In this document: one piece after another, positions 34,738 to 47,557 of the stretch
How positions within the stretch are numbered: the stretch's first letter is position 1
Layout: each line of letters starts with the position of its first letter
NCBI RefSeq assembly: GCF_001194135.2
Contig: NC_068989.1
Coordinates: forward strand, 80,880,849-80,944,848
Reading direction: 5' to 3'
DNA from: Octopus bimaculoides
Taxonomy: Eukaryota
Length of the DNA: 64,000 nt
Notes under the pieces: model-generated
Told to the model about the DNA's origin: nothing
Databases searched by the model: none
What the model saw: only the letters and a program-made list of their open reading frames with translations
Made by a program: the position numbers and the translations under genes

Positions 34738-36811
34738 GGAAAAAAGCACAAGCTAGAATTTAACTATACTGAAGAAGTACATTTAGACTGTCATACATTG
34801 AAGTCGCTTTTATTATTATTCTTGTTAAAGACTAATAAATATGTACTCTAGGGAACAATCCTTCAGTTTAATGTAAAATTATTATAACTTAACATAAAAA
34901 CATATATACATATTTGCCATCATCATCATCATCTAATGTCTATTTTCCATGCTGGTATGGGTTGGACGGTTTGACAGGAGCTGTCCAGCTGGAGGGCTGC
35001 ATCAGGCTCTAATTGTCTGTTCTGGCATGGTTTCTACAGTTGGATGCCCTCCCTAATACCAGCCACTTTACAGAGTGTACTAGATGCTTTTCCCGTGGCA
35101 CCAGCACAAGTACTTTTTACATAGCAATAATATATATATACCATCATCATCATCATTTAACATCCGCCTTCTATGTTGGCATGGGTGGGACAGTTTAACA
35201 GGAGCCAGCCAGGCAGAAGCCTGCACCAGACTTCTGTGACTGTTTTGGCTGTTTTTCCCAGCTTGTATGGGTTAGATGGAGATTTATTTTGAGGCAGCAT
35301 TTTCTGGCCAGATGTCTTTCATGTCAGCAACTCATACCAGTTATTCAATTAAAAGATTTATATATTCCAAACCTAAAAACAGTTGTTGATCAACCAAAAC
35401 TTCATCATTATCAAATTACAATATTTTTTATTGAAATTTTTATCTAAATATGAACACTTTAGTACTGGTGCTACTGGGTAGATTGGGATTAAAACCATTT
35501 ACAAATACAATCTATTCAACAATCTATTTTTAGCTTTTTTTTTTTTGAAGATGGTTGATGGGAAATTTAGTTTTCTTGCAGCTCCAAAGGCTAAATAGAA
35601 GCTACTTTAATTTTAGTTTAAGCTAGTAAATATACTCCTTCCAAATATATAATATACAACAGTGACCTTGATGCTGAAAAAGATAGGCTAGGGCATGTAA
35701 CACAACCACCCATGTAGATCTGTGTATGTACTGTGGATGCATAATGCAACTTACTGCTTTTTTCAGCCATCCACAAGTAAAAGCAACCAACCAACCAACC
35801 AGGGTCAAGTACCTTTGCACTTTTACAACAATTCACTATGACAAGACATTTACTGAAAAACTATAAAGAGATGCACATTTTTCTCATATATCAAATTTTA
35901 CTGTTACACCATACAGAAGGAAGAGCAGAGAACAGGTTTCCCCCCATATTAAACCAGTTACAAATACACATACAAAAACTGTTAATTTAACAATATTGAG
36001 TAAGAAGCTTAATCCTTTGATAATTACACTTAAAAAGAAACGGAGAAATTTAGTTATGTGAAAAATGTATGAGAACTAGTGAGAAATTAATTAAAAAATA
36101 GAAGGTCTGAAAGGCAGATTAAGGTCTGAAAGGTAGTGTAACATTGTATCATACCTACTTCCTATTCTACTTAGAAGCACATTGAACAAAAATGCTTTGT
36201 GGCATTTTTTTAACTCCCAGCAAAGCTGACTTTGCCACCCCTCCCCTAAAATTGCTGGCCTTGTACCAGAATCAGAAAGAATCATATTATTACCATTATT
36301 ATCTAATTACTTACACAGAAAAGTTAAATAAAGACTTAGACGTAACTTTTTCTTTTGTTGTTTTCTCCTTTATCAAGTGAATCTTTAATAATTAGAACCT
36401 TGTTTACTGTAACATGAATTCTTTCCATTCCAATACATAAATTACTTCACACAAGACAGCGAGTGAGAGAGAGACACAAAGAAAAAGAGAGAGATCTCTT
36501 TACAGTCTGAATACAGAAACTCGATATTTATGAATGAGACAAAACCAAGAGGCACGCATTCAAGAGTAAAGCTCTCCTGCAAGAGAAGCTCCAGTTTAAA
36601 ATACCAGATATAGTTCTCAATAACAAATCAAAAAAGAGGACCACTTTAAACATAGGGTCCAGAGTACTTATCTGGAATGCTTTTTTTTTATCATATGGCA
36701 GAACTGAGGCTAAACAACAAAAATTCCCTGTTGCTTTTTAACCTGAGTTTTACAAATGCAGATAAACAATTGCAAGTTCAATGAAAGATTCTCAAACCAA
36801 GAAAACTAATA

Positions 36812-37039
36812 TTGGGCTGTCTGGCGAGTTCATGCCGATTTTTAAAGGAAAGAAAAAGGTCAATAAATACTTGCCATTACATTTTTAATCAACCAAATAT
36901 GAACCATTTTGTTGCACAATGCGTCTCCATCTTCCCCTTAACTTGAAAATACCCTCTTCCTAGAATTGAGGTGGTTTCATGGCAATTAAATCAAAAGGTA
37001 AGCTACTATAAATCGGCATGAACTTTCCGGACAACCCAA
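36812..37039. mobile_element. mariner-type MITE, 228 bp
   Basis: ~30-bp TIR TTGGG(C/T)TGTC(T/C)GG(CG/AA)AGTTCATGCCGATTT; TA TSD. Confidence 0.85.
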
Positions 37040-37449
37040 TATATAAACAGTGTATAGGTTTTCTCATCGTATAAAACCTATACGCTAACAAGAGAACGTA
37101 TATGTAATGATGTGTAAATTATACAGTATATAGATATAAACCCATACAGTAACAGTGGTAAAACCATGTTAGCCACATGCAGATCTCATAGCTATTCTAT
37201 GTGGTTTTCAAATTAATATTTGGGTTCAGTGCTGTTGTTCTGAAAACAGCTGTAACCTATTTGATTCTAACCAACCTAAGGCTGCTCTTAGTTCTATGAT
37301 GCAAACTTCTTGTTCTAAAAGTGATTTAAATTAAGCATCCAATCAAAATTTCACGTTAATTTATGTTCAAAACACCAACTTAATAATTAATCCTTTAGCA
37401 TTTAAAATGGCCATATCTGGCCAAAATATTCTACCTATTTTATTCTCAA

Positions 37450-37856
37450 GGCGTAGGAGTGGCTGTGTGGTAAGTAGCTTGCTTACCAACCATATGGTTC
37501 TGGGTTCAGTCCCACTGTGTGGCACCTTGGGCAAGTGTCTTCTACTATAGCCTCATGCCGACCAAAGCCTTGTGAGTAGATTTGGTAGACGGAAACTGAA
37601 AGAAGACCGTCGTATATATGTATATATATATATATATGTGTGTGTATATGTTTGTGTGTCTGTGTTTGTCCCCCCAACATCGCTTGACAACCGATGCTGG
37701 TGTGTTTACGTACCCGTAACTTAGCGGTTCGGCAAAAGAGACCGATAGAATAAGTACTAGGCTTACAAAGAATAAGTCCTGGGGGTCGATTTGCTCGACT
37801 AAAGGCGGTGCTCCAGCATGGCCACAGTCAAATGACTGAAACAAGTAAAAGAGTAA
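37450..37856 (+). mobile_element. CORE-type SINE family C, full length, young
   Basis: Complete consensus. Confidence 0.9.
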
Positions 37857-38434
37857 ACCAACTCAGCTGGTAAAATTGAATAATCCTGCAATGGACCAGC
37901 ATCCTCATCCAGGTGGGGAATATATACGCCAGAGAAACCGGGAAACCAGTCCTATGCCCCATAGAGAGTAATGAAAACGCACTTATTCTATCAGCTTCTT
38001 TTTTGCATAACTATTATGTTATAGAGACATAAACAAACCAATACCAGTTGTCAAGCAGAAGCAAACACAAGAATGCTTGCACACGCATGCAGCTTATTTG
38101 TTCTGGGTCTAACTTGAATGAAATGTGAGCATGCCACGAAGCATACACAAATATTTAATGAGCATATGAATACATTATTAAATTGTCATTGACCCCGCCC
38201 CTACACACACACACACACACTGCTCTTAGTTCATCTGCTTAAAATAAGTGGTCTTGTATCTCATCCAGCAGGATACCCAAACCCCCAATTCTTCACGAAG
38301 CAAGATTGGTGAGGATGTCAGTTTTGTTGCTGATGACCTAACCATGCAACAGGTTGTACTGAGTTACATATTACCGGAAGCCCTCTCAAGCAACCTGATA
38401 TAAATATAATTATATATGACATACACACATATAT

Positions 38435-38823
38435 ACTCTTTCTCTCTTTTACTTGTTTCAGTCATTTGACTGCGGCCATGCTGGAGTACCGCCTTTAGTC
38501 GAGAAAATCGACCCCAGGACTTATTCTTTGAATACCTAGTACTTATTCTATCAGTCTCTTTTGCCGAACCGCTAAGTTACGGGAACGTAAACACACCACC
38601 ATCGGTTGTCAAGCGATGTTGAGGGGACAAACACAGACACACACACATACATATATATATATACATATATACAACGGGCTTCTTTCAGTCTCCGTCTACC
38701 AAATTCACGCACAAGGCTTTGGTCAGCCCGAGGCTATAGTAGATGACACCTGCCCAAGGTGCCACGTAGTGGGTCTGAACCCAGAACCATGTGGTTCGTA
38801 AGCAAGCTACTTACCACACAGCT
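38435..38823 (-). mobile_element. CORE-type SINE family C, inverted relative to the 37450 copy
   Basis: Reverse complement of the consensus; head reaches CACACAGC at ~38823. Confidence 0.9.
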
Positions 38824-38917
38824 ACACACACACACACACATTTATATATATATATATATATACACACACNNNNNNNNNNNNNNNNNNNNNNNNNNNNNNN
38901 NNNNNNNNNNNNNNNNN

Positions 38918-38954
<37 letters not shown>

Positions 38955-39242
38955 CATATGCATATACACAAACATGTACACACATACAACATACAGATCC
39001 ACTACATACTGCACAGATGCACAAACAAACTAAGCAATATAAACAACACAGAGTACTTCAAATACAGACACCAGCTGCATTTAGTTGTGCAGTAAAAGCA
39101 TGCAATAAAATATACAAGCACTCAAATTATAAGACTATGACTAATTTTACTCTAAAAACCTACAATACAAACAAGGCCTGGAGGTGAGAATATGCAGACA
39201 TTATTGACAGGAATGAGACTTAACTAAATCCTACAAAATAAT

Positions 39243-39790
39243 ATGATTTCAAATTTTGGCACAAGGCCAGCAATTTCAGCAAAGGGGTGAATCAATTACA
39301 TCAACCTCAGTGCTCAACTGGTACTTATTTTATCAACCCCAAAGAGATGAAAAGCAAAGCCAACCTCAGTGGAAATTGAACCTGGAACATAAAGGAAGAC
39401 GAAATGCCACTAAGCATATTGTCTAGTGTGCTAACAAAATAATAATAATAATGGTAATCTTTTCTGGTATAGGCACAAGGCCTGAAATTTTGAGGGAGGG
39501 GACTAGTCGATTACATCGACCCCAGTGCTTGACTTATTTCATTGAGCCTAAAAGGATGAAAGACGAAGTCATCTTTGGTAAAATTTGAACTCAGAATGTA
39601 AAGACAGATGAAATGCTGCTAAATTAGGTACGAGGCTAGCAATTTTGAAAAGAGTTCATGAGTTGATAGCACTGACCCTAGTACTTAACTGGTACTTTAT
39701 TATATTAAGCCCAAAGAAATAAAGCAAAGATGACCTCAACAAGATATGAACTCAAGGACCAAAAGAAATACCACAAGGAATGTCTGACTC
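39243..39790 (-). mobile_element. Three tandem family D copies
   Basis: TTTTGGCACAAGGCC / TATAGGCACAAGGCC tail starts at ~39255, 39470 and 39625. Confidence 0.75.
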
Positions 39791-40799
39791 TTAAAAAGAT
39801 TTTCCCAATCCACTCAGATGATGATGATGATCAAATTTATTTCTGATATATGTACAAGACCCAGAGTTTTTGACTATGTATTTGTTGGAATTTTTTTTGT
39901 TTTTGCTTTTTTGTTTTTTATCATTCCCAAAGCACTTATTAATATAGATATGATTTCTTTTTTTCAGTCCCTAGATTCAGACATTAACATTTGGATAATT
40001 GCTCCATTTCTCTTAGCCTGTTGGGCTAATATTTTGCTGAAAGGGCACTCTTTATGAGTTCTTAACAATATGCTACCAATTAGCCTTGATTTCCTCGTCA
40101 GTATGGATTTGTATATTTCCAGAGCATGGTTGCCAGTCAATCTGTTGTTTTGTGAGAACCTTGGCATATATTTATACCCCAACTTTTCAGTTAGAATTTC
40201 TATTATTTGGAAGAATCATTAAGCAGCAAATAAAAAAATATATTGCAGTATTTAGTCATGGTTTTTTTATATTCTGAGTTCAAATCCTGTTATGGTCAAC
40301 CTTGCCTCTCATTCTCACAAGATTAATATTATACATACATACAAATATATATATATACATACACACAGAAATAGACATATATATACACATACCACATAAG
40401 GTATATGTTAAGTGATGATGCCAATGTAATTAACTAACACTGTCCCTCAAAATCCTAGCATGAGGTCAGGATATAATGCATCACCTGGTCCAAAAATCAA
40501 ACCTCTGACCTTCACTTTCATGAACCTAACACTCTAACCACAAGGCCTCTAGCCTTAACACATGAATGAAATAGTTTAAATGGGAACCAATTCTTAAGGA
40601 AATGCTTTATATAGAACAGAAGGCTTAGGAATGTTTCCACTGGTTCCTGAAATATTTTCTTCTTCCTCTTTTTCTTACTCACTGATTCATGCACGCATAC
40701 ATTTGTGCGTGTGTATGTGTGTCCCCCTTCAATGCCATTTACAGCAATATAGAGGATTGATGGATCAGCACTTGTTCTTATTTCATTCTATTTCGAATC

Positions 40800-40802
40800 A
40801 TC

Positions 40803-40850
<48 letters not shown>

Positions 40851-41125
40851 GTTTAACATCTGCTTTCCATGCTAGCATGGGTTGGATGATTTGACTGAGG
40901 ACTGGTGAAACCAGATGGCTACACCAGGCTCCAATTCTGATTTGGCAGAGTTTCTACAGCTGGATGCCCTTCCTAACGCCAACCACTCCGAGAGTGTAGT
41001 GGGTGCTTTTATGTGCCACCGGCACAAAGGCCAGTCAGGCAGTACTGGCAACGGCCATGCTCGCAATGGTGTATTTTACGTGCCACCTGCACAGGAGCCA
41101 GTCCAGCGGCACTGGCAACAATCGC
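40800..41125 (-). mobile_element. Family E: RTE-type LINE 3' end or RTE-tailed SINE with (GAT)n tail
   Basis: TTAGGAAGGGCATCCAGCTGTAGAAAC...CCAACCCATGCTAGCATGGAAAGCAGATGTTAAACGATGATG, with internal GTGCCACC repeats. The RTE assignment rests on recalled similarity of the GGAAGGGCATCC motif. Confidence 0.7.
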
Positions 41126-41754
41126 AGCATTTATTTAATATTTTCTTACTGACTTTAGTTTAGTCACTGGACTGTAGCAATTCTGAGGCACTTCCACGAA
41201 AGATTCAGTAAATGAAATCAACTCAAAAATGTTTAATGATTGTTACTATGCAATCAATCTCTTTTTGCTGAACCATTTAGGCAGGGATGTAAACAAATCA
41301 ACACAGACATCAAGCAATGAGAGACCCAGAAGAAGTCATGATTACAGAGCAAATTTTTTAATGACATAGCTATGCTCACACATTTATGAAAACGATGATA
41401 GTTTGGTATTTTGGCGCAGGGCCAGCAGTTTTTGAGTAGAGGGGGAAGTCAAGTACATCAACCCCAGTACTTTTCTAATATTTATTTTATCAATCCCAAA
41501 AGGATGAAAGGCAAAGTCAACCTTGATGGAATTTGAGTTCAGAATGTCAAGACAGACAAAATGCTGCTAATAAACTAACAGTAAGAAGTAACATAAATAG
41601 CATCATCATCATGATCATCCTCAAACATTGGATGGTCTTACAGGATCTGATAAGTTAGAGGACCACTGAAAAGAGAATAACAAAGTGAGAGAGAGAATGA
41701 TTTTTGACAAGGTAGCATGAGAGGGTAGAGTATAAAAGGGAATGATTTATTGTT

Positions 41755-41788
<34 letters not shown>

Positions 41789-42057
41789 TGGTGAAGAGAG
41801 TAACTAAATGGAAAAATAGAAGAAAAAATACTGCATTAGAAGAATTCCTTAACTGGCTACCAATTATGTTTTCTCAGTCTGAAGTGCTACTACAGTATGT
41901 GACTTCAAGAAGGAAACAAAGACTACATTGCAGGAAATACCTATAATAGGGATACATATTTCAAAAGGGGAAATACTTCACGCACACAGTAAATTCAAAA
42001 TAGATCTCATGATCGCAAAGCACACTTCTTAGCTATTTCAGCCATGCTGCATTCTCT

Positions 42058-42293
42058 TTCTTATTTCTTTATTGCCCACAAGGGGCTAAACAGAGAGGGG
42101 ACAAACAAGGACAGACAAAGGGATTAAGTTGATTACATCGACCCCCAGTGCGTAACTGGTACTTAATTTATCAACCCCGAAAGGATGAAAGGCAAAGTCG
42201 ACCTCGGCGGAATTTGAACTCAGAACGTAACGGCAGACAAAATACCGCTAAGCATTTCGCCCGGCGTGTTAACATTTCTGCCAGCTCGCTGCC
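42058..42293 (-). mobile_element. Family D1 SINE, young full-length copy
   Basis: Near-identical to 4650-4875. Other D copies at ~7490-7703, 15672-15840, 21720-21910, 31535-31748, 41405-41575, 49385-49590, 49955-50165, 50796-51008, 62468-62700. Confidence 0.85.
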
Positions 42294-43019
42294 TTTATCT
42301 TTCTACCAATCTATCTATCCACACACACACACACACACACAAGTCTTTGAGAGATGTTAAAATCAGTGGTTGATAATACTAGTGGATGTAATGCAAAGAT
42401 TCGTTTGGTTTAACACCTGATCTTTCTAACTCTTTCAACTTCTTCTATAAATCTTAGCATTACATTCAAATCCTCCGAGTACCATCATCAACCACTTTAT
42501 TCCTAACATCTCTCAAAGACTTTCATACCTTTCAGCAAACGGACAAATCTTTACAGAAGATGCTATATATTTTAAAGTTTCATTTAAGCGTGGTGATATT
42601 AATAACCTGGTGTTAGAAATCAACAAACATCTGCTTCAGAATAAGGCACTAGTTGAATACAGAGTGTAATATGAAATTGAATGAGAAAGGGTCAAACCCT
42701 CCAACTCATGCCAACATGAAAGGCAGATGATGATAATATATATATAGATAGATATCTAGATAAATAGATACATACATACGTATAACTGGCTTTTTGTGTT
42801 TGTCTTAGCATTTGATAATCAGTTTGGTTGGCTCATGTCCTCATAACTTAGAAGTGCAGCAAAAAGAGAGCAAGAGAATAAATACCAGACCTAAAATAAG
42901 TACTGGAATCAATTTGACCGATTAAATCCTCTAAGGTGGTGCCCCAGCATGGCCATAATCCAATGACTGAAACCAGTAAAAAAAAGTGCGTGTGTATACA
43001 TATACAACAGAATAAAAAA

Positions 43020-43330
43020 TAAAAATAGAGATTTAATATAGCTTATTTCTCCTTTTTTGAGATCAGTGACAAACTGCTGCTGGAAAAAGCATATAGTATT
43101 TTGTGAGCGGAATGAGTTTTCATCACTAGCTCGGGGTTATCACACACTGAAGACGGCTAACTACCCAGAAACCAGGGTCTGTGTGTATCACATAAGGCTA
43201 GAGATAGGAGCGATGACCTCCCCTCACAAATACTAATTAAACACAGACAGTGGATCGTTAGCCAGCTGGAGGAGGTGTCTTCCTGGGGCTAAAAACAACA
43301 GTAACATCGTCCTCTATGGAACTGCCACAT
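43020..43330 (+). mobile_element. Probable Penelope-like pseudo-LTR or retrozyme remnant
   Basis: Unique GC/CpG-richer island centred on the hammerhead motif. Boundaries approximate. Confidence 0.35.
43141..43185 (+). ncRNA. Minimal type-I hammerhead ribozyme-like motif (Penelope/retrozyme type), partly decayed
   Basis: CACACA-CTGAAGA-CGGCT AACT ACCCA-GAAA-CCAGGG-TC-TGTGTG. Canonical core, 6-bp helix I, GUC cleavage triplet, near-palindromic helix III (ACCAGGGT), helix II with 2 mismatches. Confidence 0.65.
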
Positions 43331-43360
43331 TTAGTTAGCAAAATATGTTTTACAAAAATA

Positions 43361-43450
43361 GAAATATTTTCTTAAAAATAATTCTAATAAGAATTATTTT
43401 CTTAAAAATAATTCTAATAAGAATTATTTTCTTGAAAATAATTCTAATAA
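43361..43450. repeat. 30-bp minisatellite x3 with an internal 11-bp palindrome
   Basis: Unit GAATTATTTTCTTAAAAATAATTCTAATAA; AGAATTATTTT-CTTA-AAAATAATTCT is a perfect stem-loop. Confidence 0.9.
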
Positions 43451-44211
43451 ATAAAGAAAGGATTAAGTGAATATTAAANNNNNNNNNNNNNNNNNNNNNN
43501 NNNNNNNNNNNNNNNNNNNNNNNNNNNNNNNNNNNNNNNNNNNNNNNNNNNNNNNNNNNNNNNNNNNNNNNNNNNNNNNNNNNNNNNNNNNNNNNNNNNN
43601 NNNNNNNNNNNNNNNNNNNNNNNNNNNNNNNNNNNNNNNNNNNNNNNNNNNNNNNNNNNNNNNNNNNNNNNNNNNNNNNNNNNNNNNNNNNNNNNNNNNN
43701 NNNNNNNNNNNNNNNNNNNNNNNNNNNNNNNNNNNNNNNNNNNNNNNNNNNNNNNNNNNNNNNNNNNNNNNNNNNNNNNNNNNNNNNNNNNNNNNNNNNN
43801 NNNNNNNNNNNNNNNNNNNNNNNNNNNNNNNNNNNNNNNNNNNNNNNNNNNNNNNNNNNNNNNNNNNNNNNNNNNNNNNNNNNNNNNNNNNNNNNNNNNN
43901 NNNNNNNNNNNNNNNNNNNNNNNNNNNNNNNNNNNNNNNNNNNNNNNNNNNNNNNNNNNNNNNNNNNNNNNNNNNNNNNNNNNNNNNNNNNNNNNNNNNN
44001 NNNNNNNNNNNNNNNNNNNNNNNNNNNNNNNNNNNNNNNNNNNNNNNNNNNNNNNNNNNNNNNNNNNNNNNNNAGCTACGTGATAATGCATGACTAATTA
44101 AAAACTGTCTAAATAAATAAGTCTTTCCATTTGACAGAGTAACCAGAAAGCTAAAAGGTTAAAGTGATCTAAATTAAAACTTAATAAAATAGCTTTGCCA
44201 TTATTAAGATA

Positions 44212-44495
44212 TCATCATCATCATCATCGTTTAACATCCGCTTTCCATGCTAGCATGGGTTGGACGATTTGACTGAGGACTGGTGAACCAGATGGCTACA
44301 CCAGGCTCCAATCTGATTTGGCAGAGTTTCTACAGCTGGATACCCTTCCTAATGCCAACCACTCCGAGAGTGTAGTGGGTGCTTTTACGTGCCACCGGCA
44401 CGAAGGCCGGTACTGGCAATGACCACGCTCGAAATGGTGTATTTTACATGCCACCTGCACAGGAGCCAGTCCATCGGTACTGGCAACGATCTTGC
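44212..44495 (-). mobile_element. Family E copy
   Basis: Near-identical to 40840-41125. Confidence 0.75.
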
Positions 44496-45682
44496 TCAAT
44501 AGGGTTTCAAAATATAAATTAGCAAGATATTATAATTAAGTTCTTCATTATTTTCAAAATTAATTGAAACCAAGACAGTGTATTTCAACTGAAATATGGT
44601 AACAAAAAGGGCTAATAAATATTAGTCTATGAATTGAAAGCACAGAAATGGAGTGACCAAATAAATATGCAAAGCTTGTAGAAAAATCACTTCTTTAGGA
44701 CATTTCTTCCATCTTTGTCTCTTGGCTTACATGAATAGGATAGATTGTTCTCTTCTGCATGCATGCATGTGTGTCAGCTGGAGGAAATGTTTGATTGTCT
44801 TTCTTCAGGAACAAAACACAAACAGTTAAGATTTGAGTGGTCAAGCACCTTAGCCTAACAGTCATTGTGCATTCCTGTCTGCCTGGTTATAAACAAAGCC
44901 ACACCAGAGTCAGATTTCCTACAAGCATTTTATGACTTGTGAATTAAGGTCGGAAAAAAAAAAGAGAAAAAAGATAAGCCCTACCAGCCCTGATTCTAGA
45001 TGATGTTTGATGCAATAATTTGCTTCAAATATCTTCACAGCAAGTAGAATCATTTCACGCAATAATTATGTTTGATTTCAAAGAACAATTGTTCAATTAA
45101 TAAAAAGGTCATTGTGCTCTGTACTCTTTATAACATTCTTTGCAAACCACAGACCTAATCCATGTTCCCTCATGTGTTTGGCAGTTTTTAGCTCATTGCC
45201 CCCTTTCAAAGAAAGGGTGTTTTACAAACATCCTGCCCATTAGAAAACTACTATTTTTAAATCTCACAACATGAGATTGAAAAAAAATAGTCTTTTAATG
45301 AAACAGAAGCTGATTTTGCACAGTAGTTGATTACCCATATTATCTTTTTGTATCTCATTCAGTATGTCTCTCTATTTAGACATTTACATGGACCAGACTA
45401 GTGGCTCCAATGTTAAGTTTTTAAGAAAATGATTAAAAGCAAGGACTTGAGTAATTACATTGGAACGTGATGCATCGTCAACCATGATTTCTGCTGTCAG
45501 ATAACACCATGTCCTACTTATATTCTAATCCTGATAAATATTTTATTGTCAATGTGTTTAAAATATAAGTATTGTACCTGGTTTAGATATTTCGTATCTG
45601 AGAAAAATCCATTACATCCCACCTAGCAGGTTTGCATCACAGAACCAGAAGCACTCTTTATCAAAAGGGTTAAGTTACTTTT

Positions 45683-46005
45683 GTTACTGGCACTCCATCA
45701 GTTTTAACAAGGGTTCCAGGTGATTCAATCAATGGAACAGCCTGCTCGTAAAGTTAACAAGCAAGTGGCTGAACACTCCACAGAAATGCGTACCCCTAAC
45801 GCAGTTTTGGGAGAAATTCAACAAGACAGAATGTGACAAGGCTGACACTTTGAAATACAGGCACTACACATTTTTAACAGCTGAATGGACTGGAGGAATA
45901 TGAAATGATGTGTCTTACTCAAGGACAACCCACTGTCATGTATCAAACTCATGACTTTACAATCATGAGCCAAACTCTCTAACCACTGAGCCACGTGCCT
46001 TCACA
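45683..46005 (-). mobile_element. SINE family B
   Basis: Reverse complement of the 17400 copy, including the family-A-type tail. Confidence 0.75.
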
Positions 46006-46086
46006 TTTGAAAAAGTCTAAGATTAGAGCAGCAAAGATACCTACAAAATTCTATTTATTACCAGAGTTTACTTGAAGTTATCAGAG

Positions 46087-46461
46087 GTTGTTGTTGGCAC
46101 TCTGTCGCTTATGACGTCGAGGGTTCCAGTTGATCCGATCAATGGAACAGCCTGCTCGTGAAATTAACGTGCAAGTGGCTGAGCACTCCACAGACACGTG
46201 TACCCCTAACATAGTTCTCAGGGATATTCAGCGTGACACGGCTGACCCTTTGAATTACAGGCACAACAGAAACAGGAAGTTAGAGTGAGAGAAAGTTGTG
46301 GTGAAAGAGTACAGCAGAGTTTGCCACCATCCCCTGCCAGAGCCTCGTGGAGCTTTAGGTGTTTTCGCTCAATAAACATTCACAACGCCCGGTCTGGGAA
46401 TCGAAACCGCGATCCTATGACCGCGAGTCCGCTGCCCTAACCACTGGGCCATTGCGAATCC
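46087..46461 (-). mobile_element. SINE family A, full length
   Basis: Same consensus; flanking duplication TTATCAGAG(GTT). Confidence 0.9.
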
Positions 46462-47398
46462 ACTTATCAGAGGTTAACTTACATATAACTAACAAGCTGG
46501 AATATGGTTTGAAATGAAGGCTACATGGGAAATGGAAAACATTCCCTTAACTTCATAGACATTTAACACACCAACAATAAAGAGACTTACAGCTAATGTT
46601 TAAGTACTGAAATTAATTAAACAAAACTATTTTAATTTGCTTTGTTTAACTGCTTTGTTTTATTTTGTTTTTTTCTTTTCACAAATACTATGTCAAATGA
46701 ATCTACATAAAAGATACAAAATGCGAAACAGTAATTAACTTATTAATGCATAAAGTTTAATTAAGAAATTTGTATTAAATATTTAATTAAATACTTTACA
46801 TTGTCTACTTCCCTGGTTGTTCTATTTTTGGGACACTATGCATTAATTAGTTTAAAACACTTGAATAATTAAAATATATTATCAGTAATGACATTTTCAC
46901 AATATTCTCAACAAAGGTCATGAATTCATATATAAACATGCAGAGCAATATTTACAGCTGAACGAATATCATACCAACATGTTAACGAGTATTTACAGTT
47001 GAATGAATATATGACCAATACAATGAGGGGTACCTACTGCAAAATAGATACCCTTCAAAGCATGTTGGGGATATAAGAGTTAAGTGAATACCTCTTCCAA
47101 GTCCTTTGTCTTTTCTATGTTTCAGTATCATTGGACTTCAGCTATGAAGGGTTTAGTCAAACAAATTGCCCCCAATACTTATTTTATCAATTTCTTACAA
47201 TAAACTGCTAAGTTATGGGAACATAAACAAACCAGCATCAGTTGTCAGAGTGGTAGAGGACAAACACAAAGACACACACACAACAGGTTTACACACAGTT
47301 TTTGCCTACCAAATCCACTAACAAAGGCTTTGGTTGGCCTGGGGCTATAGTAGATGATACATGCCCAAGATGTCACACAATGGGACTGAACCCAGAAT

Positions 47399-47557
47399 CA
47401 GGGCTGTGGAGTCAAAACAAAAAACTTCGACTCCGACTCCTCTACTATTGGCACCTCCGATTCCTCTATGTAATTTAAGTGATTTGGTCTATTTTACCAA
47501 CTCCGACTCCAGTTAACCCTTAACTGTTACCGACCCCAACTCCACAGCTCAGCCCTG
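47399..47557. mobile_element. TIR element with (GGAGTC)n subterminal repeats, nested in a family C head
   Basis: CAGGGCTGTGGAGTC ... ACTCCACAGCTCAGCCCTG splits GAACCCAGAA|CCATGTGG. A second, decayed copy lies at 53822-54067. Confidence 0.7.

Noticed and set aside
39964-40182. 72-aa ORF with faint resemblance to the gene A repeat
   Set aside because: No convincing splice sites, motif spacing does not match, and the length is within chance expectation.
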